Made by a program: the position numbers and the translations under genes. Shown here piece after piece: positions 39,743 to 49,646 of a stretch of 64,000 nucleotides of DNA. Position 1 is the first letter of the stretch, and each line of letters starts with the position of its first letter. The stretch covers positions 13,227-77,226 of the forward strand of contig JBDGTS010000003.1 in the NCBI GenBank assembly GCA_042216675.1, written 5' to 3'. The DNA comes from Halobacteriaceae archaeon. GTDB taxonomy: Archaea > Halobacteriota > Halobacteria > Halobacteriales > Halobacteriaceae. The notes below the pieces were generated by a model. The model worked only from the letters and a program-made list of their open reading frames with translations. It searched no databases and was not told the DNA's origin.

Positions 39743-40594
39743 CTACGGCTCCTCGACGACGGGGTTCGTCAGCGTGCCGATGCCCTCGATTTCCACGTCG
39801 ACTTCGTCGCCCGGTTCGAGAAGCTCCGGCGGTTCCATGAAGACGCCGACGCCGCCGGGGGTGCCCGTCGAAATCACGTCGCCGGGCCGGAGCGTCATCG
39901 CGTTGCTGATGTACTCGACGAGTTCGTACACGTCGAAGATGAACTGGTCGGTGTTGGAGTCCTGCTTCGTCTCGCCGTTGACGCGACAGGCCACGTCGAC
40001 GTTGTTCGGGTCGAAGTCGTCGCCGGCGACGAGGCGCGGCCCCATCGGCGCGAACGTGTCGTAGGACTTGCCGCGGAGGAACTGCTCGTCCTCGAACTGC
40101 GCGTCGCGGCCACTCACGTCGTTGATGGCGGTGTAGCCCGCGATGTAGTCGTCCGCCTCGTTGGCGCTGACGTTGTTCGCCGTCTCGCCGATGACGACGC
40201 CGAGTTCGACTTCGTAGTCCACCTGCTCGATGTTCTCGGGGTGGTAGATGGGGTCGGCGGGGTTCGTGACGGCCGTGGGCGCCTTGCCGAACAGGAGCGG
40301 TCGCTCGGGAATCTCCTCGTCCTGCTCTTCAGCGTGGTCACGGTAGTTCAGCCCGACGCAGACGATTTTGCCGGGTTCGGGCACCGGCGCGAGGTGACGC
40401 ACGTCGGTCTCAGGGACTGTGGAGAGGCCGCCCGTCTCGACGCGGCCGCGCACGTCGTCGCGGTAGCTCGGATTCGCGATGTCACCGTAGTCGGGTTCGC
40501 CCGCGGGAAGGTCCGACAGCGAGTAGACGTCGCCGTCCTCGACGACGCCCCACTGGGGGTTGCTTCCGGCGTGCGTGTAGCGGACAAATTGCAT
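39743..40594 (-). CDS. Fumarylacetoacetate hydrolase family protein
   Basis: KIVCVGLNYRDHAEE, DYEVEL, NDVSGRD, GKSYDTFAPMGP, STGTPGGVG. Confidence 0.92.
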   Translation of the reverse strand: MQFVRYTHAGSNPQWGVVEDGDVYSLSDLPAGEPDYGDIANPSYRDDVRGRVETGGLSTVPETDVRHLAPVPEPGKIVCVGLNYRDHAEEQDEEIPERPLLFGKAPTAVTNPADPIYHPENIEQVDYEVELGVVIGETANNVSANEADDYIAGYTAINDVSGRDAQFEDEQFLRGKSYDTFAPMGPRLVAGDDFDPNNVDVACRVNGETKQDSNTDQFIFDVYELVEYISNAMTLRPGDVISTGTPGGVGVFMEPPELLEPGDEVDVEIEGIGTLTNPVVEEP

Positions 40595-40635
40595 CACAGG
40601 ATTCCATCCGCGGCGCCGCCTTAAACCCAACTACT

Positions 40636-40875
40636 TCAGCTGAAGAAGCCCCAGCCGCGCTTCTCCCGTTCGGCCTCCTTCAGTTCCTCGCGGTCCACGA
40701 GCCCCGCGTCGAGGACGGTGAGACGCTCGTAGTGTTCGCCCATGACCCACGCGATGAGGATGAACGCTGATGCGAGGATTTCCGGCCTGGGAAGCGAGGG
40801 CACGAGAATCACCACGGCCATCATCAGTGCGAGCAGTGTGTTGTGGATCCAGCGGTTGGCGAGGATACTCGTCAT
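40636..40875 (-). CDS. Small membrane protein
   Basis: 79 aa, two hydrophobic helices, charged C-terminus. Confidence 0.6.
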   Translation of the reverse strand: MTSILANRWIHNTLLALMMAVVILVPSLPRPEILASAFILIAWVMGEHYERLTVLDAGLVDREELKEAEREKRGWGFFS

Positions 40876-40952
40876 CCTCGGGGAGTCGGACCCGCGGCCA
40901 CATTACTCTGTTCACCGGCACCCTTTTTATCGGCCCCATCCATCCGCCGTCC

Positions 40953-42008
40953 GTGACTCACCGAATCGCCATCGCCGGCATCGGCGCCGTGGCGGACCTC
41001 CACGCCGACTGCGTGGCCGAAATCGACGGCGCGGAGGTCGTCGCGGGGTCCTGTCGCACAGAGTCGAAGGGACGGGAGTTCGCCGAGGAACACGACGCGC
41101 GGTGGTTCCCGGAGACGGACCTCATGCTGGACGAGACGGACCCGGACGTGCTCATCGTCTGCACGCCCAGCGGTGCGCACCTCACGCCCACCGTCGAGGC
41201 GGCGGAGCGCGGGGTCCACGTCCTCTGTGAGAAGCCTCTCGAAATCACCACCGAGCGCGTGGACAAGATGATAGTGGCCGCCAACGAGGGCAACATCCGC
41301 CTCGGCGGCGTGTTCCAACAGCGCTTCGACCCGTCGGTTCAGCGGGTCCACGAAGCCGCCACCGAGGGTCGCTTCGGGGACCTCTCGGTCGGTGCGGCGT
41401 ACGTCCCGTGGTGGCGCGACGACGACTACTACCGCGACGCGTGGCAGGGCACCGAATCGCTGGACGGCGGCGGCGCGCTGATGAACCAGTCCATCCACGG
41501 CGTCGACGCCATCCAGTGGCTTGCGGGCGCGGCCGCCGGCGTCGACGAGGCGAACCCCGTCGAGGAGGTGGTCGCGTTCACGGACCGGCGCGCCCACGCC
41601 GACGACCTGATGGAAGTCGAGGACACCGCCGTCGCTTCCATCCGCTTCCGTGGGGGCGCCCTCGGTCAGATTCTCGCCGCCACCTCGATGTATCCGGGGT
41701 CGGACAAGCGCCTCCAACTCGCGGGCCGCGACGGCACCGTCGAGGTGCGCGACGACGAGATTTCGACGTGGGAGTTCCGCGACGCCGACGAAGGCGCCGC
41801 CGAGTCGGGCGGCGACGGCGGCGGCGGTGGCTCCGCGGACCCGATGAGCATCGGCGGCGGCAACCACCGGCGCAACATCGAGGCGTTCCTCGACGCAATC
41901 GAGTCCGGCGAGGAGTTCCTGCTGGACGCCCACGAGGCACGCAAGGCCGTGGAAATCGTCGAGGCCGTCTACGAGTCCGCAGAGACGGGTGAACCCGTCC
42001 GCCTCTAG
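40953..42008 (+). CDS. Gfo/Idh/MocA family oxidoreductase
   Basis: IAGIGAVA, CTPSGAH, LCEKPL, FQQRF, DGGGALMNQSIH. Confidence 0.92.
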   Translation: MTHRIAIAGIGAVADLHADCVAEIDGAEVVAGSCRTESKGREFAEEHDARWFPETDLMLDETDPDVLIVCTPSGAHLTPTVEAAERGVHVLCEKPLEITTERVDKMIVAANEGNIRLGGVFQQRFDPSVQRVHEAATEGRFGDLSVGAAYVPWWRDDDYYRDAWQGTESLDGGGALMNQSIHGVDAIQWLAGAAAGVDEANPVEEVVAFTDRRAHADDLMEVEDTAVASIRFRGGALGQILAATSMYPGSDKRLQLAGRDGTVEVRDDEISTWEFRDADEGAAESGGDGGGGGSADPMSIGGGNHRRNIEAFLDAIESGEEFLLDAHEARKAVEIVEAVYESAETGEPVRL

Positions 42009-42796
42009 CGCCGCGCCTCGCTGACGAACGTCGAGAACACGTCGGCGGGGTCGCCCTCGACGAAGCACTCCGCGGTGACGTAGCCGTCGTAGCCCGTCTC
42101 CGCGATGGCGTCGTAGATGCGGTCGTAGGCCAGTTCGCCCGTCCCGGGCGGGCCGCGACCCGGGTTGTCGGCGACGTGGACGTGGCCGATTGCGTCGACG
42201 TGTCGCCGGAAGCGCCGAATCACGTCGCCCTCGGTTATCTGCTGGTGGTACACGTCGAAGAGCAGTTTCACGTTCGGGCTGTCGACGGCCGCCACGAGTT
42301 CCGCGCCACGGTCCGTCGTCGTCAGGAAGTAGCCCGGGTGGTCGACGCGCGTGTTCAGCGGTTCGACGACGACGGTCACGCCCGCGTCCTCGGCGGCGGG
42401 CGCGGCGGCCCGGAGCGCGTCGACGAGGGCGTTCTGCTGGGTCGAGCGGTCGAGGGTGGGGTCGCGTTGGCCGACGGTGGTCACCACCTGTCGTCCGCCG
42501 AACGACGCCGCGGCCTCGATGGAGCGTTCGAGGTCCCGAACCGCCTGTTCGTGGCTCTCCGGGTCGACGAGGCTCGGCGCGTCCGGGTCCGAGATGTTCG
42601 ACCCGGCGCCGGCCGCGAGGGTGCCGAACGCCTCGACGCCGTGTTCGGCCGCCGAGTCGGCGACGGCGTCGAGGTCAGCGTCTTCCCAGTTCCAGAACTC
42701 GAAGCCGTCCGCGCCCGTCGCGGCGACGTGTTCGGCCGCTTCAGCCGGCGTGCAGTCGAACGCGCCCGACGGTGCCGTGAGGCCTACGTCGTACAC
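42005..42796 (-). CDS. Hydroxypyruvate isomerase family TIM-barrel protein
   Basis: [41 protein letters not shown]. Confidence 0.88.
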   Translation of the reverse strand: MYDVGLTAPSGAFDCTPAEAAEHVAATGADGFEFWNWEDADLDAVADSAAEHGVEAFGTLAAGAGSNISDPDAPSLVDPESHEQAVRDLERSIEAAASFGGRQVVTTVGQRDPTLDRSTQQNALVDALRAAAPAAEDAGVTVVVEPLNTRVDHPGYFLTTTDRGAELVAAVDSPNVKLLFDVYHQQITEGDVIRRFRRHVDAIGHVHVADNPGRGPPGTGELAYDRIYDAIAETGYDGYVTAECFVEGDPADVFSTFVSEARR

Positions 42797-42897
42797 TACC
42801 GCTCCCCTCCGTCTCGGTGCATGGCGGTTGCTCCGACGGACGGCGCTTGAAACTTCCCCTCCGCCAACGCTTTACCGCCGCCACCTGCACGGCCCCT

Positions 42898-43611
42898 ATG
42901 GCACGCGTCACCGTGTGGAACGAGTACCGACACGAGCGAGAGGACGAAGAGGTGGCCGAGGCCTACCCCGACGGCATCCACGCCGCCATCGCGGAGGGCC
43001 TCGCCGACCGGGGCCACGAGACGCGGACGGCGACGCTGGACGAACCGGACCACGGCCTCACCGAGGCCGTCCTCGACGAGACGGACGTGCTGACGTGGTG
43101 GGGCCACCGCGCCCACGGCGAGGTGAACGACCGCATCGTGGACCGGGTGCAGGAGCGCGTCCTCGACGGGATGGGCCTCGTCGTCCTCCACTCCGGGCAC
43201 TACTCGAAGCCGTTCCGACGCCTGATGGGCACCTCCTGTGACCTGAAGTGGCGCGAGGCCGACGAAACCGAGCGCCTGTGGGTCACGGCGCCCGGCCACC
43301 CCGTCGCCGACGGCCTCGGCGACTACCTCGAACTCCCCGAGACGGAGATGTACGGCGAGCACTTCGACGTGCCAGAACCCGAGACGACGGTGTTCACCTC
43401 GTGGTTCGAGGGCGGCGAGGTGTTCCGCTCGGGATGCGCCTACACCCGCGGCGAGGGCCGCGTCTTCTACTTCCGTCCGGGCCACGAGACGTATCCCCTC
43501 TACTACCGCGAGGACGTCCGGAACGTTCTGGACAACGCCGTGTCGTGGGCCGGCGCGAGCGGCGACGCCGACGTGACGTACGGCAACCACGACCCCATCG
43601 AGGACTGCTGA
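42898..43611 (+). CDS. ThuA (trehalose utilization) family protein
   Basis: [60 protein letters not shown]. Confidence 0.92.
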   Translation: MARVTVWNEYRHEREDEEVAEAYPDGIHAAIAEGLADRGHETRTATLDEPDHGLTEAVLDETDVLTWWGHRAHGEVNDRIVDRVQERVLDGMGLVVLHSGHYSKPFRRLMGTSCDLKWREADETERLWVTAPGHPVADGLGDYLELPETEMYGEHFDVPEPETTVFTSWFEGGEVFRSGCAYTRGEGRVFYFRPGHETYPLYYREDVRNVLDNAVSWAGASGDADVTYGNHDPIEDC

Positions 43612-43650
43612 CGCCGGAACCCTTTTGCGGCCGCCCTTGGATTCCCGGGC

Positions 43651-44718
43651 ATGACGTACTCCGTCGCCGTCATCGGAACGGGCGAGGACCCGGAGAACAG
43701 TAGCCGCGAGGGGTTCGCGATGGCGTATCGGCACGCGGACGCCTACGAGGAACTAGACGACTGCGAACTAGTCGCTTGCGCCGACATCGTGCCCGAGAAC
43801 GCGGCGGCGTTCGCAGACGCGTACGGCGTCCCCGACGACCACGTGTTCGAGGACTACGAGGCGATGCTCGACGCCGTCGACGTGGACGTGGTGTCCGTCT
43901 GCGTGCCGCCAGCCGTCCACGCCGACATCGTCGTCGGGTGCGCGAAGGGCGGCGTCGACGCCATCCACTGCGAGAAGCCGATGGCGCACACGTGGGGCGG
44001 CGCACAGCGGATGGCGCAGGTCTGCTGGCGGCGCGACGTGCAACTCACGTTCAACCACCAGCGCCGCTTCGGGACGCCGTTCCGGCAAGCCAAGGCACTC
44101 CTCGACGACGGCGACATCGGGGACTTGGAGCGCGTGGAGTTCGAGGCGTCGAACATCTACGACTACGGCAGTCACTCCTTCGACCTCGCGAACTACTTCA
44201 ACGACGAGGGCGCCGTGGCGTGGGTCATCGCCGGCCTCGACTACCGGGAGGAGAACGTCTTCTTCGGCGCGCACAACGAGAATCAAGCCCTCGTCCAGTG
44301 GGAGTACGACAACGGCGTCTCCGGCCTCGCCGCGACCGGTCGCCGCACGTCCCTCGTCGGCGCGCATCACCGCCTCGTCGGCACCGACGGCGAAATCGAG
44401 GTCGGTGGCGGCGGCGAGACGGCCCTCCGCATCCGACGGGCCGGCGACGCCGAGTGGGAGGAACTCGACTGCGACGGCGAGGACGTCCACGGCCCGGGCT
44501 TCATCCAGCGAGCCGTCGCCGACGTGGTGGACGCCGTCGGCACCGACCGCGAACCCGAACTGTCCGCGCGCCACGCGCTCACCGCGACGGAGACGATCTT
44601 CGCCGCGTGGGAGTCCGCGCGCCGGCGGGGCCGCGTGGACCTGCCGCTGGAAGTCGAGGGCAACGCCTTGGAGGAGATGGTCGAGTCCGGCGCGCTCACG
44701 CCCGAACCGCGGGAGTAG
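43651..44718 (+). CDS. Gfo/Idh/MocA family oxidoreductase
   Basis: AVIGTG, VSVCVPP..H, HCEKPM, NHQRRF. Confidence 0.9.
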   Translation: MTYSVAVIGTGEDPENSSREGFAMAYRHADAYEELDDCELVACADIVPENAAAFADAYGVPDDHVFEDYEAMLDAVDVDVVSVCVPPAVHADIVVGCAKGGVDAIHCEKPMAHTWGGAQRMAQVCWRRDVQLTFNHQRRFGTPFRQAKALLDDGDIGDLERVEFEASNIYDYGSHSFDLANYFNDEGAVAWVIAGLDYREENVFFGAHNENQALVQWEYDNGVSGLAATGRRTSLVGAHHRLVGTDGEIEVGGGGETALRIRRAGDAEWEELDCDGEDVHGPGFIQRAVADVVDAVGTDREPELSARHALTATETIFAAWESARRRGRVDLPLEVEGNALEEMVESGALTPEPRE

Positions 44719-45027
44719 TCACTCCTCGTCTTCGTCCGCTTCGAGGTGCTCCTCGGCGAAGTCGGAGAGCCACTCCCACCCGTGTTCGTCGCCGATGCGT
44801 TCGATGAACTCGCCCAGCGATTCGTCCGGGAGGACCTCCCACTGGGCCTGCTTGGGGTTGCCGAGTTTCTCTGCCTCGTGGTCGACGTTGGCGACGTAGA
44901 TGTCGCTGGTGGACTTATCGACCATCACCATCTGCTGTTCGTGGCCGGTTACGCCGAGGTGCTCTTGGTCGCGGTGTTCGGGATCCGAGACGGGCCACTC
45001 GTCGTACGGCGGCTTACTACCGGGCAT
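44719..45027 (-). CDS. Hypothetical protein
   Basis: Acidic 102-aa ORF; TTTTA-like element upstream on minus strand. Confidence 0.7.
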   Translation of the reverse strand: MPGSKPPYDEWPVSDPEHRDQEHLGVTGHEQQMVMVDKSTSDIYVANVDHEAEKLGNPKQAQWEVLPDESLGEFIERIGDEHGWEWLSDFAEEHLEADEDEE

Positions 45028-45074
45028 GTGATAGAATAAGGCGCCGCGTGGCCTAAAAGCCGCCGGCCAAATTC

Positions 45075-45821
45075 TCAGAGGTCGACCTCGCTCCCGAACC
45101 ACGTGTCCGCGAGGCGGATGAACACCGACGCGAACCCGGTGTCCGCGCTCCAGATGGCCGTCTCGTCGCCCTCGCTCTGGTCTACGCTGACCAGCATCGC
45201 GTCGTCGTCGGCGACGAGGAGGCGCCCCGCCGCGCCGCTCCGGTCCTCGAACGAATCCGGAAGCCGGTGGACCGTCACGCCCGTCCCCGCGAAGCGGTCG
45301 GCCACGTCGTCGGCGCTGACCGCGACGACGGCGACGCCCTCCTCCGATGCGTCCGCGAGGGCTTCGGTGACCGACTCGCTGATGTGGTCGGCGTCGCCGC
45401 TGTACACGAGTCGACGCTCGGCCTCGTCGATGAGCGCCGTCGTTCGCGCGACGACGGCTTCCCGCCCTTCGACGGTCCAGACGGCCTCCTGTTCGCCGTC
45501 GGACTCGGCCTCGTGGCGCACGTCCGCCAGCGAATCGAAGGCGCGGTCCGCCTCCCGGTCGAACCGGTCGCGGAGTCGGTCGCGGGCCTCCTCCAGCGAC
45601 ACGGGCCGGTATCTGATGGGCGAGGCCTGCTGGATTTCGACCAGTCCGCGCTCCTCCAGTCGCTCGGCCGCGCCGTACACCTGTGACCGGGGCACGTCCG
45701 TCTCGTCGGCGACTTCACGCGCCGTCCCGGTGCCCAACCGCTGAAGGGCGACGAACACCGATGCCTCGTACTTCGAGAGACCGAGACGCTGGAGGGCGGT
45801 CACGGCGTCGGATTCGCTCAT
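45075..45821 (-). CDS. TrmB family transcriptional regulator
   Basis: LQRLGLSKYEASVFVAL, VPRSQVY, LEERGLV, P.RYRPV; start overlaps RND stop. Confidence 0.9.
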   Translation of the reverse strand: MSESDAVTALQRLGLSKYEASVFVALQRLGTGTAREVADETDVPRSQVYGAAERLEERGLVEIQQASPIRYRPVSLEEARDRLRDRFDREADRAFDSLADVRHEAESDGEQEAVWTVEGREAVVARTTALIDEAERRLVYSGDADHISESVTEALADASEEGVAVVAVSADDVADRFAGTGVTVHRLPDSFEDRSGAAGRLLVADDDAMLVSVDQSEGDETAIWSADTGFASVFIRLADTWFGSEVDL

Positions 45822-48394
45822 TCGTTCGGTCCCCACTCCATCTCCTCGACGAACTCGTCTTGCTCGTCGTCTCCACCGAAGGCGTCGTCCGGCCCCATGT
45901 AGCGCGTCCAGTACATCAGGAGCGTCGGCAACACGAGGACGCTCGCGAGGAACGCGTAGACGATAGTGAGCCCCGTGATGATGCCGAACTGGCGAAGCGG
46001 CGGCAGGATGGCGAACGCGAGGACGCCGAAGCCACCGACCGTCGTCGCCGCCGACCCCAGCAGCGCCCCGCCGGTGCCGGTGACGGTGGTCCGCATCGCC
46101 GTCCACGCGTCGTCCTCTCGCTCGATTTCGTGGGCGTAGCGCTCGCTGATGTGGATGCTGTAGGCCACCCCCAGCCCGACGGTGAGACTCGTGATCATCC
46201 CCGTCAGGACGTTGAACGGGATGCCGAACAGCGCCATCGTCCCGAGAATCCACGCGACGCTGAACGCCACCGGGAGGAGCGTGATGAAGCCCAGCGTCGC
46301 GGACCCGTCGGTGATGCGGTAGGTCACCATCAGGAACGCGAACACCGCGACGAGCGTGATGAGCAGGCTCTGGACGACGGTCGAGAGCAGCGAGTCGCTC
46401 ACCATCTTGAACACGATGGGCTGACCCGTGGCCGTCACGGTGACGTCCGGGCCCTCGAGGTCGGCGGCGAGCGACCGCGTGACCGACGTGACCCGGTCGC
46501 TGCTGGCGGTGCCCTGCACCGAGACGACCATCCGCGCGGCTCGGTACTCCCCGCCCTCACGGTAGAGGACGCCCCGTGCCTGCTGTGGGGCGACGCTGTA
46601 CAGTTCGTCGTACAGCGCCCTCACGTTCCGGTCGGGCACCCTATCGCCGTTCGTGTCGGCGGCGGCGAGCGACCGCGCGAACGACTGGTTCTCGGCCGCG
46701 ACGCGCTGCATCGCCGTGAGCGGACTCCGCACGTCGGCTCGTCCGCTGGAGAGGACCACCACCACGTCGCTCAGACTCTCGCCGGCGGCGCGTTCGTGGA
46801 CTGCTGCCATCCGCTGAAGGACGGCGGGGTCCGCGACACCGCCGCCGCCGGCGCTCTCGACCAGTATCTGGGTCTGCCCCTGTGCGCCCTCCACGCGGAA
46901 GTTCTGGTAGACGTAGTTCAGCGAGTCCTTCGCGTGGTACTCGCCGGGCGCGAACGGTTCGGGGAGGCTCTCCATCCAGTCCGGCGGGTCGTCGGCGAGG
47001 AAGTCCTCCTGTGAGAAACTGGTGTCGACTTGCGTCGCACCGTACGCGCCGGCGCTCGTCAACACGAGCGTCAACAGGAGGACGATGACTGGGGCGCGTC
47101 GCGCGGCGGTTTCGCCGACGCCGAGCGCCTGACCGATGGCGCCGCCGCCGGTGCCGAAGGCCCGCATCTGCCGGTCGTAGCCCCGCGCTTCGAGGAAGCC
47201 GTCGAGACGCACCTTCATCGCCGGGACGAGTGCCCCGAAGATGACGAACGCCGCGACGATGCCGAACGCCGCGACGATGCCGAACTGGCGTATCGGGGGC
47301 ACGTCGGAGATGAGATTCGAGAGGAAGCCGATGACGGTCGTCGCCGTCACGAAGAACAGCGCCACCCCCACGCTGGCGAGGGCGACGTTCATGCTCTGGT
47401 GCACGCCCTCGGTCCGTGCGCGCTCCTCCCGGTGGCGCATGAAGACGTGGATGGCGTAGTCGATCGAGAGCCCGATCAACAACACTGGGATGGCGACGAA
47501 CAGTTGGTTGAACGCGTAGCCGGCCCAGCCCATGAAACCGAAGGTCCAGACCAACACCGCGCCGATGCCGAACAGGCCCAACAGGATGTCGAGCAGGTCC
47601 CGGTAGGCCACGACGAGGACGACGAGGACGAAGATGAGCGCCAGCGGTCCCACGATGAGGATGCTGTCGGCCATCGAACGGTTAATCTCGTCCGCGATGA
47701 TGCCGCTCCCGAACACCGCGCTCTCGGTGCCGAGCGTGTCGTGGACGATGGTCTGCATCGTGTTCTGGCTCTCGATGAGACGGTCGCTGGCCGATCCGCT
47801 CGCCGTCTGCTCGCTCATCGTCGTCTGTGTGACGATGATCATCGTCGCGTTCGCCGACGTCTCACCGGGCGTGTAACTGGTCGGCATCAACCCGAAGGCG
47901 GTGCTACTCCCGTTCGCACCGAGAAGTCCCTGTACCGTGGCGTCGATCCGGGACTGATTCATCGCCTGCACCGCCGCTATCTGCTGTTCGACCGTCGGCG
48001 ATTGTACCCCCCGCTGACGGAGAGCGGCCCGCGCGACGAGGTTCGCGACGCCAGTGGGCGGCGCCCCCGTCGTCAGCGTCGGTCCCACCGTCTCGTTCGT
48101 CTGGAAGCGCCGTATCGTCCGGAGTTGAGCGACTAGGCTCTCCTTGTCGAGAACGTTCTCACCCCTGACGATTATCTGGACCGTCGTTGTGTTCTCCGGT
48201 CCGGTCTGGAAGTGCTGCTCGATGTAGTCGAGTTTCTGTGCCTCCGTCGTCTCGGTCTGGAACTGGTCGAGCGAGGACGACTGCTCGACCTGTCCCATGC
48301 CGACGCCGAACACCACCGACAGCAACAGCACCACAGCGATGACGGCCGCGCTGTGTTCCGTCACGGTGCGCGCGATGCGGTCGACGATGCTCAC
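45818..48394 (-). CDS. RND/MMPL family transporter
   Basis: Two repeats of TM bundle plus large external loop; IGLSIDYAIH and GLGVAYSIH motifs. Confidence 0.9.
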   Translation of the reverse strand: MSIVDRIARTVTEHSAAVIAVVLLLSVVFGVGMGQVEQSSSLDQFQTETTEAQKLDYIEQHFQTGPENTTTVQIIVRGENVLDKESLVAQLRTIRRFQTNETVGPTLTTGAPPTGVANLVARAALRQRGVQSPTVEQQIAAVQAMNQSRIDATVQGLLGANGSSTAFGLMPTSYTPGETSANATMIIVTQTTMSEQTASGSASDRLIESQNTMQTIVHDTLGTESAVFGSGIIADEINRSMADSILIVGPLALIFVLVVLVVAYRDLLDILLGLFGIGAVLVWTFGFMGWAGYAFNQLFVAIPVLLIGLSIDYAIHVFMRHREERARTEGVHQSMNVALASVGVALFFVTATTVIGFLSNLISDVPPIRQFGIVAAFGIVAAFVIFGALVPAMKVRLDGFLEARGYDRQMRAFGTGGGAIGQALGVGETAARRAPVIVLLLTLVLTSAGAYGATQVDTSFSQEDFLADDPPDWMESLPEPFAPGEYHAKDSLNYVYQNFRVEGAQGQTQILVESAGGGGVADPAVLQRMAAVHERAAGESLSDVVVVLSSGRADVRSPLTAMQRVAAENQSFARSLAAADTNGDRVPDRNVRALYDELYSVAPQQARGVLYREGGEYRAARMVVSVQGTASSDRVTSVTRSLAADLEGPDVTVTATGQPIVFKMVSDSLLSTVVQSLLITLVAVFAFLMVTYRITDGSATLGFITLLPVAFSVAWILGTMALFGIPFNVLTGMITSLTVGLGVAYSIHISERYAHEIEREDDAWTAMRTTVTGTGGALLGSAATTVGGFGVLAFAILPPLRQFGIITGLTIVYAFLASVLVLPTLLMYWTRYMGPDDAFGGDDEQDEFVEEMEWGPNE

Positions 48395-48479
48395 GCCTCT
48401 GCCCTCCGTCCGACAGCGCCAGTCATCTGTTGTTGTGCGCCTACTCACAGCCCCCAGTTAAGCGCACCGGTCGCGGAAC

Positions 48480-49571
48480 TTACAGTCCGTCGTCCCGCGC
48501 CGCCGCCAGTAACTCCTGTACGGCGACGGCCTCGTTCGCCTCGCCGCTCTCGATGGCCGCTTCGACGAGCGCCATCGACTGGAGGTTGTCCCGGACGTTC
48601 GTCGGCATCTCGGGGCCGCCGTCGAGCCACTCCACGAACTGTTCGACGAGCCAGACGTTGCCCCACTTCTCCTGCTCGTCGAGGGGAATCAGGTCGCCGT
48701 CCGCGAACTCGGTGTGGTCGCCGACGCCTTCCCCGTCCTCGTCGTAGGGGAACGCCCGAATCTCGCCGCCCGAGAGAATCAGCGTCGCGTCGCGGCACTC
48801 GGCGCGGACGTACTCCTCTTCCCAGCCGTTGAGGCCGACGGCGTTCGTCTTCGCGCCCTCGTAGGTGGCTTCGACGCCGTTCGCCATCGTCATCGTCACG
48901 AGCGCGTTCGCGCCGGCGCCGTAGTCGCCCCAGTCGGGCGTCCAGTGCTGGCTGTAGAGTCGCTCGCACGGCGCGTCGGCCACGTCGGCGAGGATGTCGA
49001 GGTGGTGGACCCCGCCCTCCACGAGGAGCGCGTGGTCCATCTCGTGTCTGAACGACGCGCCCCACGACCCGTAGGAGCGGGCGTTGCAGGTGAACCGGCA
49101 GACGAGGTAGTCGAGGGGGCCGTAGTCGCCGGCCCGCACGAGGCGACGGAGCGTCGTCACGTCTCGTCGGAAGCGGTGTGTCATCGTGACGCCCATCTTC
49201 AGGCCTGCCTCGCGCACCGTCTCGGCGATGCGCACCGAGGCGGCCAGCGTGTCGGCGATTGGCTTCTCCGAGAGGACGTGGAGGCCGTTCTCGACGGCCG
49301 CGTCCACGACGGCCTCGTGGAACTCCGGCGGGATGACGACGGTGGCGAAGTCCGCGTCAGTCTCCGCGAACGCCGTCTCGTAGTCGGTGTACAGTTGGTC
49401 GTCGTCGAGGCCCAGTCCCTCGCGGGCGTTCTCGTGAGCGGCCTCGTCCACGTCCACGGCGGCGACGGGTTCGACGAGGCCGTCGTCGACGTTCGGCGGA
49501 AGCATGTCACGACACCACCGGGCGCCCTGCCCGCCGGTGCCGACCTGCACGAACCGGTACGGGTTCGACAT
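48480..49571 (-). CDS. Gfo/Idh/MocA family oxidoreductase
   Basis: QVGTGGQG, VIPPEFH, LSEKPIAD, EGGVHHLD. Confidence 0.9.
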   Translation of the reverse strand: MSNPYRFVQVGTGGQGARWCRDMLPPNVDDGLVEPVAAVDVDEAAHENAREGLGLDDDQLYTDYETAFAETDADFATVVIPPEFHEAVVDAAVENGLHVLSEKPIADTLAASVRIAETVREAGLKMGVTMTHRFRRDVTTLRRLVRAGDYGPLDYLVCRFTCNARSYGSWGASFRHEMDHALLVEGGVHHLDILADVADAPCERLYSQHWTPDWGDYGAGANALVTMTMANGVEATYEGAKTNAVGLNGWEEEYVRAECRDATLILSGGEIRAFPYDEDGEGVGDHTEFADGDLIPLDEQEKWGNVWLVEQFVEWLDGGPEMPTNVRDNLQSMALVEAAIESGEANEAVAVQELLAAARDDGL

Positions 49572-49646
49572 GGCCGCGGCGACGCGCCGCCGTGGGAAAC
49601 CGCTTACGACACCGGGTTATAAGGGCCGGCGGCCGAAGCCCCGGGC

